From Nemertoderma westbladi (lineage: Eukaryota > Animalia > Xenacoelomorpha): a stretch of 64,000 nucleotides of DNA. Under the pieces are notes generated by a model. It worked only from the letters and a program-made list of their open reading frames with translations, did no database searches and had not been told where the DNA came from. Location of the stretch: NCBI GenBank assembly GCA_032718475.1, contig JAUCBJ010004813.1, positions 37,016 to 101,015 of the forward strand, read 5' to 3'. Both the position numbers and the translations under genes were made by a program. Positions 41,109-55,113 of the stretch are shown in pieces (positions within the stretch are counted from its first letter, which is position 1; each line of letters begins with the position of its first letter).

Positions 41109-44100
41109 ATGTCTGACACTCAGCAAAACCTGTCAGACAGTCTGATCGATACAACTATCTGTGACTCAGATAGGAGTGTGGAGCGATTAAGAAAGGAGTT
41201 CAGCTCACCTCCTACTGCAAAAAAGGTCATCCCTCCAGTAGTATCAGACCCTAGGCTAATCCACCATAGGTCCATCATAGGCACTCGGGCACAGGTCAAA
41301 CGGAACCAAGAGGCAGTTGTCCCATCGCAGCAACATCTTGGTCAAGAACCTACTTCCCAGCGACCCGATAGCTCCAGCAGTTCGGATACTGTAGAGCTGA
41401 CCCCCGAACGCGGAGTGCAGATGGCTGTTACAGTCTACTCGGACCCCCTTCTTACCCTTCCTGCTGCAGTGCTAACTACTATATTCATTGCAGTGGAGGA
41501 ACATCAAGCCGACTGGGCGAGGAATAAGCGAGCGACCCAAGATAATTATGCGGGATACGCCAGGGAAGAATTAATGTCTATTGTCGAGTCACAATGGAAC
41601 TTTCCCGGACTCGGACTCCCGTTGGACCTGTCCGAGGCTACTTGGGAAGATATACACAGGATGGGAGTGGCAAAAGATACAATGGATCCAGCTGTTTGGA
41701 AGAGGTCGGCATCAGGATATGTGCAGGGATTCTTCGGCTCCTTGGAGCGATTGGAAGAACAACTGTTTCGACAACCTCAAGGACCTCAAGAGCAGGAAGA
41801 GCTGCTATACCAAATACGCGAAAGAACCCTACGCATACGACTAATCCTCTCAGCCTTTGAGGAAACTTCCAAAAGAAGACAAGACACGTCGCTGCAGGTT
41901 GCTGTCAAAACTTGGTTACATCGGGTAGATCTCAAAGTACAGGAAACGGCCCAGTGGAAATCCCAGCTAGCTGAGAGATCAACCTATGAAGAACCAACTG
42001 ATGTCACCCTTTCTCAAGCGGAAAGCGAAGAGACCGCCGAGAAACCGCGAACTAGAGACGCTATCGACATTTATTTGTCCGACTATCAGCGATTCCTAGG
42101 AGACGAAGAGTTGAGGAGACGGCTGTCTGGACTTTCCCCTAATAGTGAAGGAACCAAGCTTGTGTTGGACTCAATCGATGCCGAAATGTTAGCTGCAAAC
42201 CAAGCTGAATGTGATGAACAACTCCGCCTCACTAGAGTCCGAGAAGATCAAGTAAAGAAAGAACGGATAGAGAAAAGGAAGGTAGCAGCAGCAGCGGCGG
42301 CGGAAGCAGAAGCAGAAAGAAAAGAAGCAGAAGCCGAAAGAAAAGCGGCAGAAGCAGAAGCAGAAAGAAAAGCGGCGGAAGCCGAAAGAAAAGCAACAGT
42401 GGCAGAAGCAGAACGGAGAGCGTCTGAGGAGACTATCCAACTAGAGTTGGAAAATCTGCAAGAGACGCAAGACAGCATAAATAAACAGTTTACTGCTAAT
42501 CAAATGCAGATGATGAGAAAATCTACTCCCAAGCGCCAGGGATACACATCCTCGGAGGAAGGCGAGACTACCGATCCTGAAGGCGGAGGAAATAGATCTC
42601 ATCTAAGTAGGCGTAGAAAAACGCAAATTGCCTGATTTGCCCCCAGCTGTTAGAAGACAGCTAGCTAGCACAGACTTGAGTAGTATAGAACCTACAGCCC
42701 AAAGTATTAAGGTCCAAAGACTCTCTACAATAGTTGATGAGCCTGAGATAATTAGGCCTGTCGTTCCCAAAGTCACTTCTGTGTTAGAGACCCCTGTACT
42801 TCCAGAGCTTAACTCTAAATTCCCTTTACATAGTACTACATTGCCTGTACCCGGTGGAGCAGTCCAAGAGAATATCCCTGTCCAGATAGCAGAGAGAGAA
42901 ATCAAAAACTTGTCTCCCGTCGTCCCGCGTCAGCCCGCTACTATGTTGGCGACTCCCGCTTCGGCGGTTGAGTGGGTGGAAGAGGGACGGCGGGGGATGA
43001 ATCTCCTGCTAGGACAGATGCAGGAGACTGTCCACCAACTTAAGGGAACAGTGAGGGAAGGTAGAGCAGAGTTGCAAGAAGTGCAGCAAAGTATCGCACT
43101 AGAACGCGACAAATTAGTCAATATCAAAAAGGGCATACCAATACCCCCTGTAACATTGTGTCAACCTGTTAGGTCTGAAGTATTACATGCGCAAGGTGTG
43201 GAGCCTACACGCATCTATACTGCTAGTGAAGTTGAAACTCCTATAGCAAATCCTATTAAGGGTGATTATAGACCTGTTATTAATGATATTCCCTATAGAC
43301 CTGATAATGATCCGAGAAATTTATATACCGATAATTCTATATTAAATAACACGATGGCCCAAGAAAGCTTTACGCGTCAGATGGCTAGAACCGAAGCCCG
43401 CCAAGCGGTCAAAGTGGGAGAGATCGTCAAATTCAATGGAGATGAGATGAAATGGTTACCTTTCAACGAATATTACAAAGATAGCATACAGAACTCTGTA
43501 CTATCTAACGGAGAGAAACTTAGATTTCTCATCAAGTGCTTGGAAGGACCTCCCAAGTTAATGGCGTTAAAGTTTATTGGACATCCAGAAGGATTAAGAC
43601 AAGTTTGGGATACATTAAACATCAGGTATGGTAACAAGGATAACATAGCTAAGTATTTGTATGCAAAATTAGTAGCCCCCCGACACTTCCTTAGTAGTGG
43701 GATTATAGAGTTTTCCGATGAAATTCAAGAGATCTGTAGACAACTGGACTGGTTAGGTAAGTCGCATGAATATCAGAGTTCCATGGTTATTGGAGCCGTA
43801 GTCTCTACTTTACCAAAGGGTGGAGTATGTACACGCTGGGACAAGAAAGTGTTGTACATGAATGAACAACAACGACGAAGTCCTACCATGGCTGACCTCA
43901 TGTCTTTCTTAGATGGTGAAGTCAAACTACAACTCATCAAGCAGTCCAGAGAGAAAACATCGGAAAATAAGGTAAGTGAGAAACCCACTTCTAGGAGAAG
44001 AGTAACACCGGTGTGTTACACTGACGACGGCGAAAGCCAAGCTTCCCAAGAAGAGGACAGCGGGAAAGATACAGACTGATCTTACTATGTTGACAAAACC

Positions 44101-47100
44101 TCAAAGGACGTAAGTAAATACAAGGCTCGAAACAACGATAGGAGAGAACAGGTTGCCAAGACCCCTCCTCAGTCTCCTAACAGAATGCACCGAAGAAAAC
44201 CCGAAGAAAAAACGAGAGTGCATCAAGTTAACCAAGGTAAAGTGAGTAACATCAAACCTAACTGTGCGCTGTGCGACGGGACCCACCGTTTGAGTGCGTG
44301 TGCTGAATTTCTAAAGAAATCCCTTGTAGACAGACGTACAGTCGTGTGGGACAAGCGGTTATGCTATAATTGCCTCAGACCAGGACATCAACGGCGAACC
44401 TGTTACTCAGACATAAAGTGTGCAAAGTGTGGCGCGAAACATCACATCTTGTTACACAGTGAGTTCGAACGAGATAGACAGAGTCAGGTAAGTGAGCCCG
44501 AACTACATGTCCAATTTAGTGACGTAAACGACACTGATCAAGAGTCCGAAATGGAAGGATTCTATACTGACGAATTCTCCGACGCCAATGAATCCTGTTA
44601 TCTAATAAACACCACGGTGTATCGAGCACTTACTTACGAAAAGGACATCAACGATGAGTTTCCCCAAACTACTTTCGCCAAACAACCATCTTGGAAAGCT
44701 CCAACTTCCAACGTAGGAATCAGAGAATTTCCTGTAGTTCAGGTAAGAGTTCACGGTCTTAACAAAAGCTACATAGTGAACGCCCTCCTGGACTCCGGCA
44801 GCACAGGAACATTCATCGATCAAGAACTAGCCGAAGATATCTTTGCTGGACAACCCAAGTTCCGGACTAAATTGAATATGTCAGGAATTATGCAGGTTTG
44901 GAAATCTACCCTAACGGCAGATTACTATGTAGGTGTGTTGTCCACCCCCCAGGATAAGTTAGGAACACAAGGTATAAGGTCAGTAAAAATGGTGGCTATA
45001 AAGAACTTTGCTACTACTCAAGCAGACCTTTATAATTGGGACGAAGATGAGAGCGTCCAACATCTTAAGATACCTCGATTCCAGACAGATTATCCTGGAG
45101 TGCAAATACTTATCGGCCAAAACGCGCACGAGGCGCTCGAAACATTAGAGAAACGGCCTGCTCAACCACAACCACTGCAAACCTATGCGGTAAGAACTAG
45201 AGTAGGTTGGTACTTTACTGGCCCTTCCCGTAGAACTCTCGAAGAGAGAATGCCACACGAACAAATATATCAAGTAAACGATTGGGAAGTGGAAAGCAGT
45301 GAGGTGGACGAACTAACTGAAGGAACACCATACTCCTCGGATAATGACGACATCTACCAACTCTTCGAAGAAGAGAACACAATTGACCTACTTTCAGAGA
45401 ATCAAACTTGGAAAAACCAAGCGAACCTATGTCAACTGATTCGCCCAACGGAATCCATTATTTATAATGACGAACTTAATGACGAGGTAGAGCGCTACAA
45501 CGCTAGAACTTGGGACGAACTCGCCGTACGATTCTTTACCCAAGAATTAGTAGAACCTAATTCATACGACAAAGCCCTGTCGATAGAAGAAGAAAGAGCC
45601 CAGCAAATCCAGGAAACAACCACACGTTTTTTAAAAGATCAAGGTAGATATGAAATCGGACTACCCTTCCGAAAACGGGAACCTAGATTTATAAATAATA
45701 GACCCTTGGCTGAGAAAAGAATCAATCAATTACATCGACGTCTTACGGCAAACGCTTCAGCTAAGGAAATGTACCAAACTCAGTTGAAGAAATTTATCAC
45801 AAAGGGATATGCGGAGCGGGTACCGGAAGGAACTCCAATAACTGAAAGAACTTATTATCTAACACATCATTACGTTCCCAAACCCGGTAAACCCCATGAA
45901 GTACGAGTCGTATTCGATGGCTCTGCTCTATATATGGGCCAATCCCTTAATTCCGAGTTGTTACCAGGACCCAATTTACTCCAATCTTTGTTGGGAATAC
46001 TTTTGAGATTAAGACAATATTCCATCGCGTTCGCTTCCGATATTGAAGGAATATTCTTACAAGTCAAGGCGCTGGAGAGAGATAGAGACAGCCTGAGATT
46101 TCTGTGGTGGCCTGAAGGAGACCTCAACCAGAAACCGGTAGAGTACTGGATGACCATCCAGGCTTTTGGGATCATATCTAGCCCTTCCAACGCCTGCTCC
46201 GTAGTGCGAACCACTGCGAATGACAACAGAGACTCCTTCTCAAAGGAAGTGATAGACAATATAAAACGTAATATATACATGGACGACAATTTAAGGTCCC
46301 TTCCATCAGTAGAAGAAGCCATAGCTGTCGCGAAAGGAACGGTAGAGTGTTTGAAAAGAGGTGGATTTCGACTAACGAAATTCACTAGCAACTCCCGTGA
46401 GTTTCTGGAAGCCATACCGGTAGTAGACCGGGGATCAAAAGACGTCGACTTAATACATGACGATCTTCCGGAAACCAAGATGCTTGGCTTGAAGTGGGAC
46501 ACAGAAAGAGATATCCTGTTTTTTCAGCTAAAACAGCGAGATAATCCAGTTCGGACCAAACGGATTTGTTTAAGTATCCTGAGCACTTATTTCGACCCAT
46601 TGGGATTTATTAGCCCAGTTATATTGATTGCTCGGAGTTTAGTACAACAGATGTGGCTTGAAAACCACTCATGGGATGATCCGCTTAAGGGAGAACTGTT
46701 GAAGAAATGGATGAAATGGGAAGATTCTCTACCTGCCATTGAGAACTTTATAATTTCCCGCGCATATTTTGGACATGTTCTTCCGACGTATTCCTATCAA
46801 CTCCATGTGTTTGGAGACGCCAGCGACATGGGAATAGGTATAGTAGCATATCTGCGAGTCGAAACTCCGGATGGGATCAAAGTCGCCTTGGTTACCTCTA
46901 AGGCACTGATTAACAACAAGTTAAAGGTTCCTCGAGCGGAGTTAAAAGCGGCTTTATACGCTACAGCCATCGGCCGGAACGTAATGGAACAAATCGATTA
47001 CCCACTGGAGAAAACGGTTTATTGGACCGACGCTTTACTCGTGTTGGAATATCTAACCAATGAAGTCTGTCAGTTCAGCGTTTTTGTTACTAACAGGGTA

Positions 47101-49161
47101 GCTATTATTCTTAGTCGCACAAAGATAGATCAATGGAGACATTGCCCTGGTACGATTAATCCAGCCGATATCGCCTCCAGGGGAGCAACTCCACAGGAAC
47201 TGATAGATACTCCAGATTGGTTGGGTGGACCCGACTTCCTGAGCAAGGAAGAGGACGAATGGCCTCCTCACCTTACTACGGCGGAAATTCGACAAGCCAA
47301 GGGAGCGGAGACCGTCAAACCTAAAACCCGGGCGAGTAAATCGAAGTTATTTAAACCGACTATCGATCTATCTGTATTACATGTTTCCGGAAACGATGAT
47401 TTGGATCCACAATCCCTCGCTATAAATAAGTCTGTTGCGGAAATTCGAGATAGAGATTGGAAATCTGGAATACCAGACGTCTCGCAAGGAATCTCACCCC
47501 TGCTGCAGAGAGCGATGCATCATTACAGTTCCTGGAATCGTCTCTGTAAAGCCGTCACATACTTAAAGAGATGTTTTCACCATCACTACTCCAGGAAGCA
47601 GACCACTAGTGATCCTGCTCCAGTGACATCTGCGCAAGTTCATGTTATTAAAGATCTACCTAAGTACAAGATATCAGACCGGTTTCTAAAGGAGAAGATC
47701 AGTTACCAGGAGCATGAAGAAACTAATAAGCAGCTACTGAGACTCCTGCAATGCTATGAGGATTCCGATAGGTATTTTCTGCTATTAAGAAATCCGCAGA
47801 TGCGCTTAAGGGATCGATTCTCGAGCACAATGATAGATGGGTTAATACGTGTTGGAGGAAGACTCACCAACGCCCCATTATCCTTTGATACTAAATTCCC
47901 TATACTCATTAGTAATCTTGAAGTACAAATCAAGATGATTGTAGATGTTCACAGTAAGCTTTATCATGCTGGAAGAGAACGAGTTCTTAGCGAAATTCGA
48001 ACTCGCTATTATTTTGATAAACCCCGTAAGGCTCTGAACCAAGTTCTTAGGAACTGCATACCCTGTAGGAAAGCATTCAGTAGGCCTTTAACACAGCGAG
48101 AGGCAGAATTACCTAGGGAACGAGTAAGCTTCTATGAACCACCTTTTACTAATACTGGTGTAGATTTATTTGGCCCTATTGAAGTATATCGTGCGAGGAC
48201 TATAGTCAAGAGATGGTGTGTCATCTTCGTGTGCATGACTTGCAGAGCCATCCATCTCGATATGGTGAACGATCTATCTACCAACAGTTTCGTCTTAAGT
48301 CTACGACGACAGATCGCTCGCTTCGGTACGAGTAATACCATGAGATCGGACAAGGGAACGAATTTCATTGGTGCCAACAACGAAATACAGGCTTACGTAA
48401 AGGACTGGAACCAAAGACAGGTGGATGACCAGCTAAGGATAACAGCGTCTAGCTGGACCTTCAACGCCGCCAACGCCCCTTGGTGGGGAGGAAGTTGGGA
48501 GAGATTAATTAGAAGTGTTAAGACCGCATTTCACTTTATAGTGCCATGCCGTGCGTATCTCACCGACGAACTTTTGCGGACGTTAATGGAGGAAATAGCT
48601 GCCTATCTCAACGAGAGACCGCTTATGCCAGTCTCATCGAGTCCCGATTCCCTGGAAGCGCTAACACCTGCGCACTTCCTACTGAAGAAACCGGTAGCCA
48701 TGCTCCCACGATCGGAGATTGCCGACGGAGACGAATACTGCCGTCGAACTTGGCAACTTATGCAGTTGCTATCCCGTCGTTTCGCTGACCATTTCGAGAA
48801 ACATTACCTGCCCATGCTACAACTTCGAACTAAGTGGTTTGCGCAGCAGGAAAACGTCAGCACCGGAGATATGGTACTTATTGTAGATCCAGACCTCCCA
48901 CGTAAACGGTGGCAGACAGGTCGTATCATCGAGACCCATATCTCGGAGGATGGTTTAGTGCGTTCAGTAGAACTCATCGTTATGAGGCGTAACTTCAAGA
49001 AGCCCGGTATAATCTTTGAGACGCAACAACTCAATCGCCCAGTTGGTCGTTTATGTTTACTGGAAAGAGACAGAGAACTCTCTGGAAACTATGGAAGACA
49101 AGACACTCTTCCCACGACCACCTCCCTAATTCCTCAAACATCTAGGGACTCCCAAACGTGA
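41109..49161 (+). pseudogene. Gag-Pol of copy 2, with one frameshift (~42623, 11-nt deletion) and one in-frame TGA (44077-44079)
   Basis: ORFs 41109-42635, 42628-44079 and 44185-49161 are colinear with the 2717-aa protein; all catalytic motifs are retained. Confidence 0.95.
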
Positions 49162-50782
49162 TACGTCTGGAGTGGGTGTATGACTATGTTATTTATCTAT
49201 TTTATTACATTTTATATGCGAACTTTATTATGTACTTTATTATAATCGTTTTTATTCAATTTTTATTTAGTAGAATGTTATTTTAGGGATTATTTAGTAG
49301 ATTAGTGCAATATATTAGTGTTTATTACGTACATAATTACTATAATATATATTTAGTGCGACGGCGAGAAATAATTATTTTTCTCTTCCCTTACTGTCCG
49401 TATCATATTATAAATACGTGACTACAGTAAGATGAAATGTCCGTACTTCTTAAAGTACAATAAAGCCACTACTATATTTAAGTATTATTGGTAGGCAGAG
49501 TATTAGGAATGCAAAGTTCAGATCCTCGTGTCTCGGCTAAACCAAGCTCTGGGTAGACCTTGGAAACGACTTGCCTCTTCACACTGACATTGCTTCGTGC
49601 GATATTGCTCTTCTACCTTATAACAAATAATACATATAGTAGCGTGGTGTCCCTCTAACAGTAGCGTAAATCGCAAATAAATCTGTTAAACTTTTTGACC
49701 ATCTGTAATTCTAGTCGATTAAGATATCGTGGCACCCACCGATATACTTGAAAGACAAATTCTAGAATCAGTGGTTAACGTCCCCAGACAAGTTCTGGAA
49801 TAAATCGGTGCTCATCCTAAATATTAATTTAATATTTATTAAAATCTGTAAAATCCCGATCCTTTAAGATTTCTAGTCAATTAAGATATCGCAGTATTTA
49901 CCGATATTCTTAGAAGGACTATTTTATAGAATTAAGGATCCTGAGTTCCCAGACATGCTCTGGAATAAAATTTGTGTCAATTTAACATCAAATAATAAAA
50001 TTCACGGGAATAAATTTAAATTCATATTCAAATGAATTTCATAAATTGTCATTTTGTGCAATTTATAACATTCCCAAAATTCCAGTAATTAATAGATCAT
50101 GGGAGCGGAGATTCATATTGAGTGTACTAGAGTGTAAGAATCCCCAACATACAGTCAATAGCCGATAAAATTTATAAAATCATGCATAAAGAGGATATTG
50201 ACAATTAAAGAATTACTATTAAATAGCATCCCAGATCTGTATGCATGAGAATTACCCTAATTCTACCGCTAGTTTTCCATAATGTCACCATGGCAACACC
50301 CACGCTAGAATTAGAAGCAAGTTAAAGGAACAATAAAAAGCTTGCCCCATTGCGTAGCATAAGAGTATACATAGCGCACTATTAGTATCCAAGGATACAT
50401 AGTAATAACGTGACATTCTGGAAGACACTGACTAACGGACAAATGGCATGCATGTGTGCAGTAAGTAATGATTGTATGGAATTTGTGCGTTTATAGGTGA
50501 ATGATACTACTAAAGTGTGTTTACAGTAACTAATCGCAATTGTAAAGTAGCCCTAACTCTACCGAGATAACCTCAAGTGGATTCAAGCCTTTGGGACGGA
50601 CAATGGTGGGACTTGTGCCGGTTATCGTTGTCGTGCTGTTGCTACATGTTGGCGTAAACACTGCGACAGCGGTACATCGGCGCTGAGAAACCCACTGTCC
50701 GGGGGCAAAGCCTAGTAGGCAGCGACGCCCGCTTGCCTAAAATATTAACTCATATTGATATTAATAAACTCAGATAGCAGAT

Positions 50783-53700
50783 ATGACGGAATTGATAGAA
50801 GATGACCTTGGTATCAGGGAGCGATATACTCTACCTTTACAAGCGTTTGTGGATAGCTTGATACGCGGTGAAGCCGATCCGACTATTACGGAGGACGATG
50901 GTCGTTATATCGAACCGCCGATGTCCCAGGAACAACTTACGCGTGAATTGGACTATAGAAAATTCACCGCTCGCTATACGAATCGTAATGGTACGTATAT
51001 GGACTTCTTAACTACCGGCCATCCTACCGATTTACATGATACGGAAGATGTAGACACCGAAAGGGAAGTGGTTTTATTTAAATATCATGCCCAGCGGAAT
51101 CGTAATGATAAACCGAGAATAGAACACGAGAACTCTATTCGCAACCTACTCGACAGAGAAAACGTTGAAGAACCCGATAAGCGTATCAACTTCAACGACT
51201 ACTTGGAATTTTTGAGAGAAACCTATCTCAATATTGCCAGTCAACAGAACCTAGAGACTCGATATCCTCAAGGTATACATCACGATCCCATGGTAGAACT
51301 CAAACGACTCTATTTCACCATGATGTATCTTACCGCAGATCGTCCACTACCTGTTGTCCCGGACAGCTTTGAACAAATGGAAGAGTATTGCAAAACTGGA
51401 GAACGATCACCCGCGTTTCCTCTGCAGGACGTACGTCTTTGGTATTATTGTGACTCATGTCCTAGACCTAACCAGCAATCGGAAAGACATAAACATCCGC
51501 GGAGACGTTGTGCTAAACACAGTTTTACGCGTTATACTTACGGGAGTTTCGAACGAAACCTGTTCGACGTATCACCTACGATCGCCCATCTAAAACGATC
51601 GCTAAATAAACCCATGATCAGAGTTCCGGAATACTCGGTCAGGCCTCCTCATTTCCCAGTGAGACCTCAAACTCTTGATCCTAACAGTATCACTGATCCT
51701 CCCGAGTTATACTCACTGTTCAAAGATTTGGTGTTACCCGAGCAGTTAATCGGTGATGTTCCCGCGGTAGGTTCGTTAGATATTCGACCATCCTATTTAA
51801 CCGGATTGGGACGCGGGCATCTAACATCCCCATTTAATCCTTACAATCGGCCAGGATTAACTCCGATACAACCTGCCACGGAAGTCGAGGAGAGTGTCAT
51901 CAGAAACGCTTTAGACGCCATCCGACAGAAAATCGGAAAGGGAACACAGGATTTTCTAGAAAAACGTAAATTACAGCAGCAGGTCCAATCGGTGAAAGAG
52001 TTAGCCTTGCCGCAGTTTGATAGAGAAATCCAAAACCTCGAAGAGGACATCGAGCTTGGACGTACGTATTCTCTACAGGAGTTTCTAGAAGAACGCTTAC
52101 AGAAACAAGCGGAGGAAAATCAACTAGAGGAGAAACATACGGAAATGGATGAGAGAGAAGAAGCCGCTTTAGCCCAACCCGAAGCTCAGATACTCATAAC
52201 CGATCTCTACTCTAAAACCGTCCGTCATCCATCGATGGTTCCGCATTTCGGAGACAAACTCTTTGCAAAAATACAACCCCAACCGGTTGATATCAGCATA
52301 AGATCGCAAAATCTTATCACTGACGCTCCTATGTTACAGCGTCCGCCAATCGAGGCCGCTCGAGTTGACGGTATACTCGTTGAACCTCCGGACAATCGAG
52401 CGGATCTTGTCCGTCGTATGGTACACGATGTCAACATACGCGCTAGACCTTTACAGAACTCTTTTTATGGAATTAAAGACCACCCTTATTACGTTAATCT
52501 GACTCAATATTATATGGTAAAACCAGAAGATCCTACGCATAATTTAAAGTTTCTACCACTAATAAATCCTCTGGACATTGTCGAACTCGAACAATTGCAA
52601 AAACATCTGGATCAGTTAGTAAAGGTAAACTCATTTCGAAAACCATATAACGTTTCTCGAATAGAGAAGGATACAGAACCTCCTTATAATCTCGATGGAT
52701 TTATTAAAACTCGATTAGTCCATTGGAATCTAGACGTATTATTCGAGGAGGAGAAAATCCAAAGATATGGAAATGTGGAGACGTATACCACTCGATACAT
52801 GAAGTATAGTGATCTCCCTGACGCTAATCAATGCGCCACCTTGTGGCATCCGGTAGGGATGACCCTCGAGAACGCCACCAAAGAGTGGAATGAAACTCTT
52901 AATATTATTGAGATGTATGGCGTTGTTACTTACGATAACGAAGGTAGCGTTCCAATCGGAGAATTAGGAACTACGCGCATGATACACATACGCGGATTAG
53001 CTGGTTCCACTCACGTGTTTACGCGAGCGTGTTCCGACGTGATCGATTATTCCTTTGAAACTCTCACCGAAACGCAAAAGAATCTCCGACATGGACAATT
53101 CGAACTCGCACAGCATTACGTCATTGATACCGAACGCAAACCGGCCATGGGTATCGATGGATCGATGTTACCCCAGCCCGTTCTCGAGATGTTATTCAAC
53201 GAAAGAATCATTAAAATCGGCTCAGCTGTTTACGGAGATCTTCAAAACGACTTTCTGAATATGGAAAATATCCCCTATCCTTTCGTGGATACTCAGCTGA
53301 TAGCTCCTTGGGCCGAAGGCCGAGGTTTCTTTCGCACCATGTATGCTAATGCGTCTAGCAACATTACAAAGGTGCAACGAACTTCCATCGGACATCTTGC
53401 TTTTCAGGAATACGGATGGAATTTCAAGGTCGGAAATCCCATCAACTATCAACAAGTATACGGAGACCATTATTCTCGATTATACTTTGACGGACCGTTG
53501 ACCGCACCTGGTGCCGTGTATAGCTTCATGAGTGTTCCACTCCGCCCCTCCTTAGCTATCTACACGATCTTCGAAAATACCGCACTTTCCGGTTGGCTAG
53601 CCGATGTGTGCAGTCGTACTATACGCGCCCATCCATTAATCCTTGGGACCAAACTCGCTAAGCTAGATGAACATAATAAATTCATCCGCTTTGAATGTTT

Positions 53701-55035
53701 CCGACGATTTTTAACCCCGTTTCGCAACGTGGATAGCCAATTCAAAGACCGCGCTTTGACCAAGCTCAGCTTAAGAGACTCGGCTGCGGAGAAGTTAGAT
53801 AGCGCTGGATTTGCTATTTTCAAAGACATTTGTATAATAACCTACACTCCTCTGTTATCCAAAGACCTCGAATCCCCACCGGTTATTCTGTCGTGGAAAT
53901 TCAGACGGTAGGTCCACTTGAGGAGACGGCCATGCCTACCTCAACTATACAAGGGGAAGACGAACCCATATGTTTAGAATCTGAAGAGATTCAGCCCCCC
54001 ACGTCTCGGAGTAGCGATAGTGACTACATATTGGAATGATATCAAGGTCCACAGTGTCTTACTGTGTATGATTATCGCCATGCCAATTATGTTTCTCGAC
54101 AACGTTGTCGGCTGTGCGCATCGAGAGACCATATTACGTCTATGGACACCAACGATCTCTGTTCCTATTTCCACGAGCAACCGTCGATGGAAATCTATTG
54201 TGCATATTGTCGGCTTAATAATTTGCACATTTTTGCTGTCTGCCCCCAATTTATGACTCAATGCCATCATTGTCAATTAAAAGGACACGCCAGCTTTGAT
54301 TGTCCCTTTAATCATGATTTAGAGAGCGTAGATGAAATGATTGTACTACGTTATATCAGAGCTTGGGAAGCGAACGCTGATTTACATTGTGATTCACGCC
54401 ATCGCTATTACCCTGGACGCGCTTACGAAGGAGTTTATGCGTTCCATCCTTATTTGTTTGCCTCCGTCGAGCAGAAATCACGCATATCAAGTTATGAACT
54501 ACTGAAGCGCGTTGGAGAATGTATTTCAACCAAATATGTACGCAAATTTCTCAGGAGCATTAATCCGAGTGACATCTATTCTTACAACTTAATAAACTTT
54601 ATCCGTCAAGACCCTGCTTATGGAGACTTATTTGTCAACTCACACCCCGAGTTACAGGAAGTATATCAACGGCCTTACGAGTACCGAGCCCGCGAACGCG
54701 AGTTGGAAAGAACCATTAAACCAAGGAAGTTTTTAACTGCCTATGGTCCACCCACGGCCCTCGTTCTGACCACTCGTAAAGGACCCGTAAGAGCGGCTGT
54801 CTTGAAACGAGCTCTCAAAGCCGTTAGACCCCTCTCCCCGGACGTTGATGTCAATCAACCCGGTACTTCGACCGGCGGATACACCGATCGTAATCTCATA
54901 CCTTCTGATGCAATCATATTGCACCCTTCACCCAGGAGTTATAGCCCTCCTCGTAAAGTGGCTCGCCCCAAAGAGAAAAGGACTCTTGCTAGCTTTAAAA
55001 AACTGCGTAAACGCCGTCCGCGCAAGAAAGACTAA
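50783..55035 (+). pseudogene. Extra ORF2 (~1,417 aa reconstructed): DEDD/WRN-type exonuclease-like domain, CCHC knuckles, basic tail; 1-nt deletion at ~53836 and TGG>TGA at 54037
   Basis: ORFs 50783-53911, 53830-54039 and 54064-55035 join by comparison with copy 1. Motifs VVTYDNEG, LPQPVLEMLFNERIIKIGSAVYGDL, FVDTQLIA, SIGHLAFQEYG, PLTAPGAVY. Confidence 0.85.
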
Positions 55036-55113
55036 CTGTTTAGAGTATTTTTATATTTTAGAAACTGTGATTTTGTATATTTTATAGACTTAAATCCCAT
55101 TTTCTGGGAGCGG

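Noticed and set aside
42615-42635. Programmed frameshift in gag
   Set aside because: Explained by an 11-nt deletion relative to the intact copy 1.
44077-44079. In-frame TGA in copy 2 gag as a programmed readthrough site
   Set aside because: Copy 1 has an Arg codon here and a continuous ORF; the stop lies upstream of the zinc knuckles. It is most simply a nonsense mutation.
50783-55035. ORF2 as an env glycoprotein
   Set aside because: No evident signal peptide, transmembrane anchor or fusion-protein pattern; has nuclease-like motifs, zinc knuckles and a basic tail instead.
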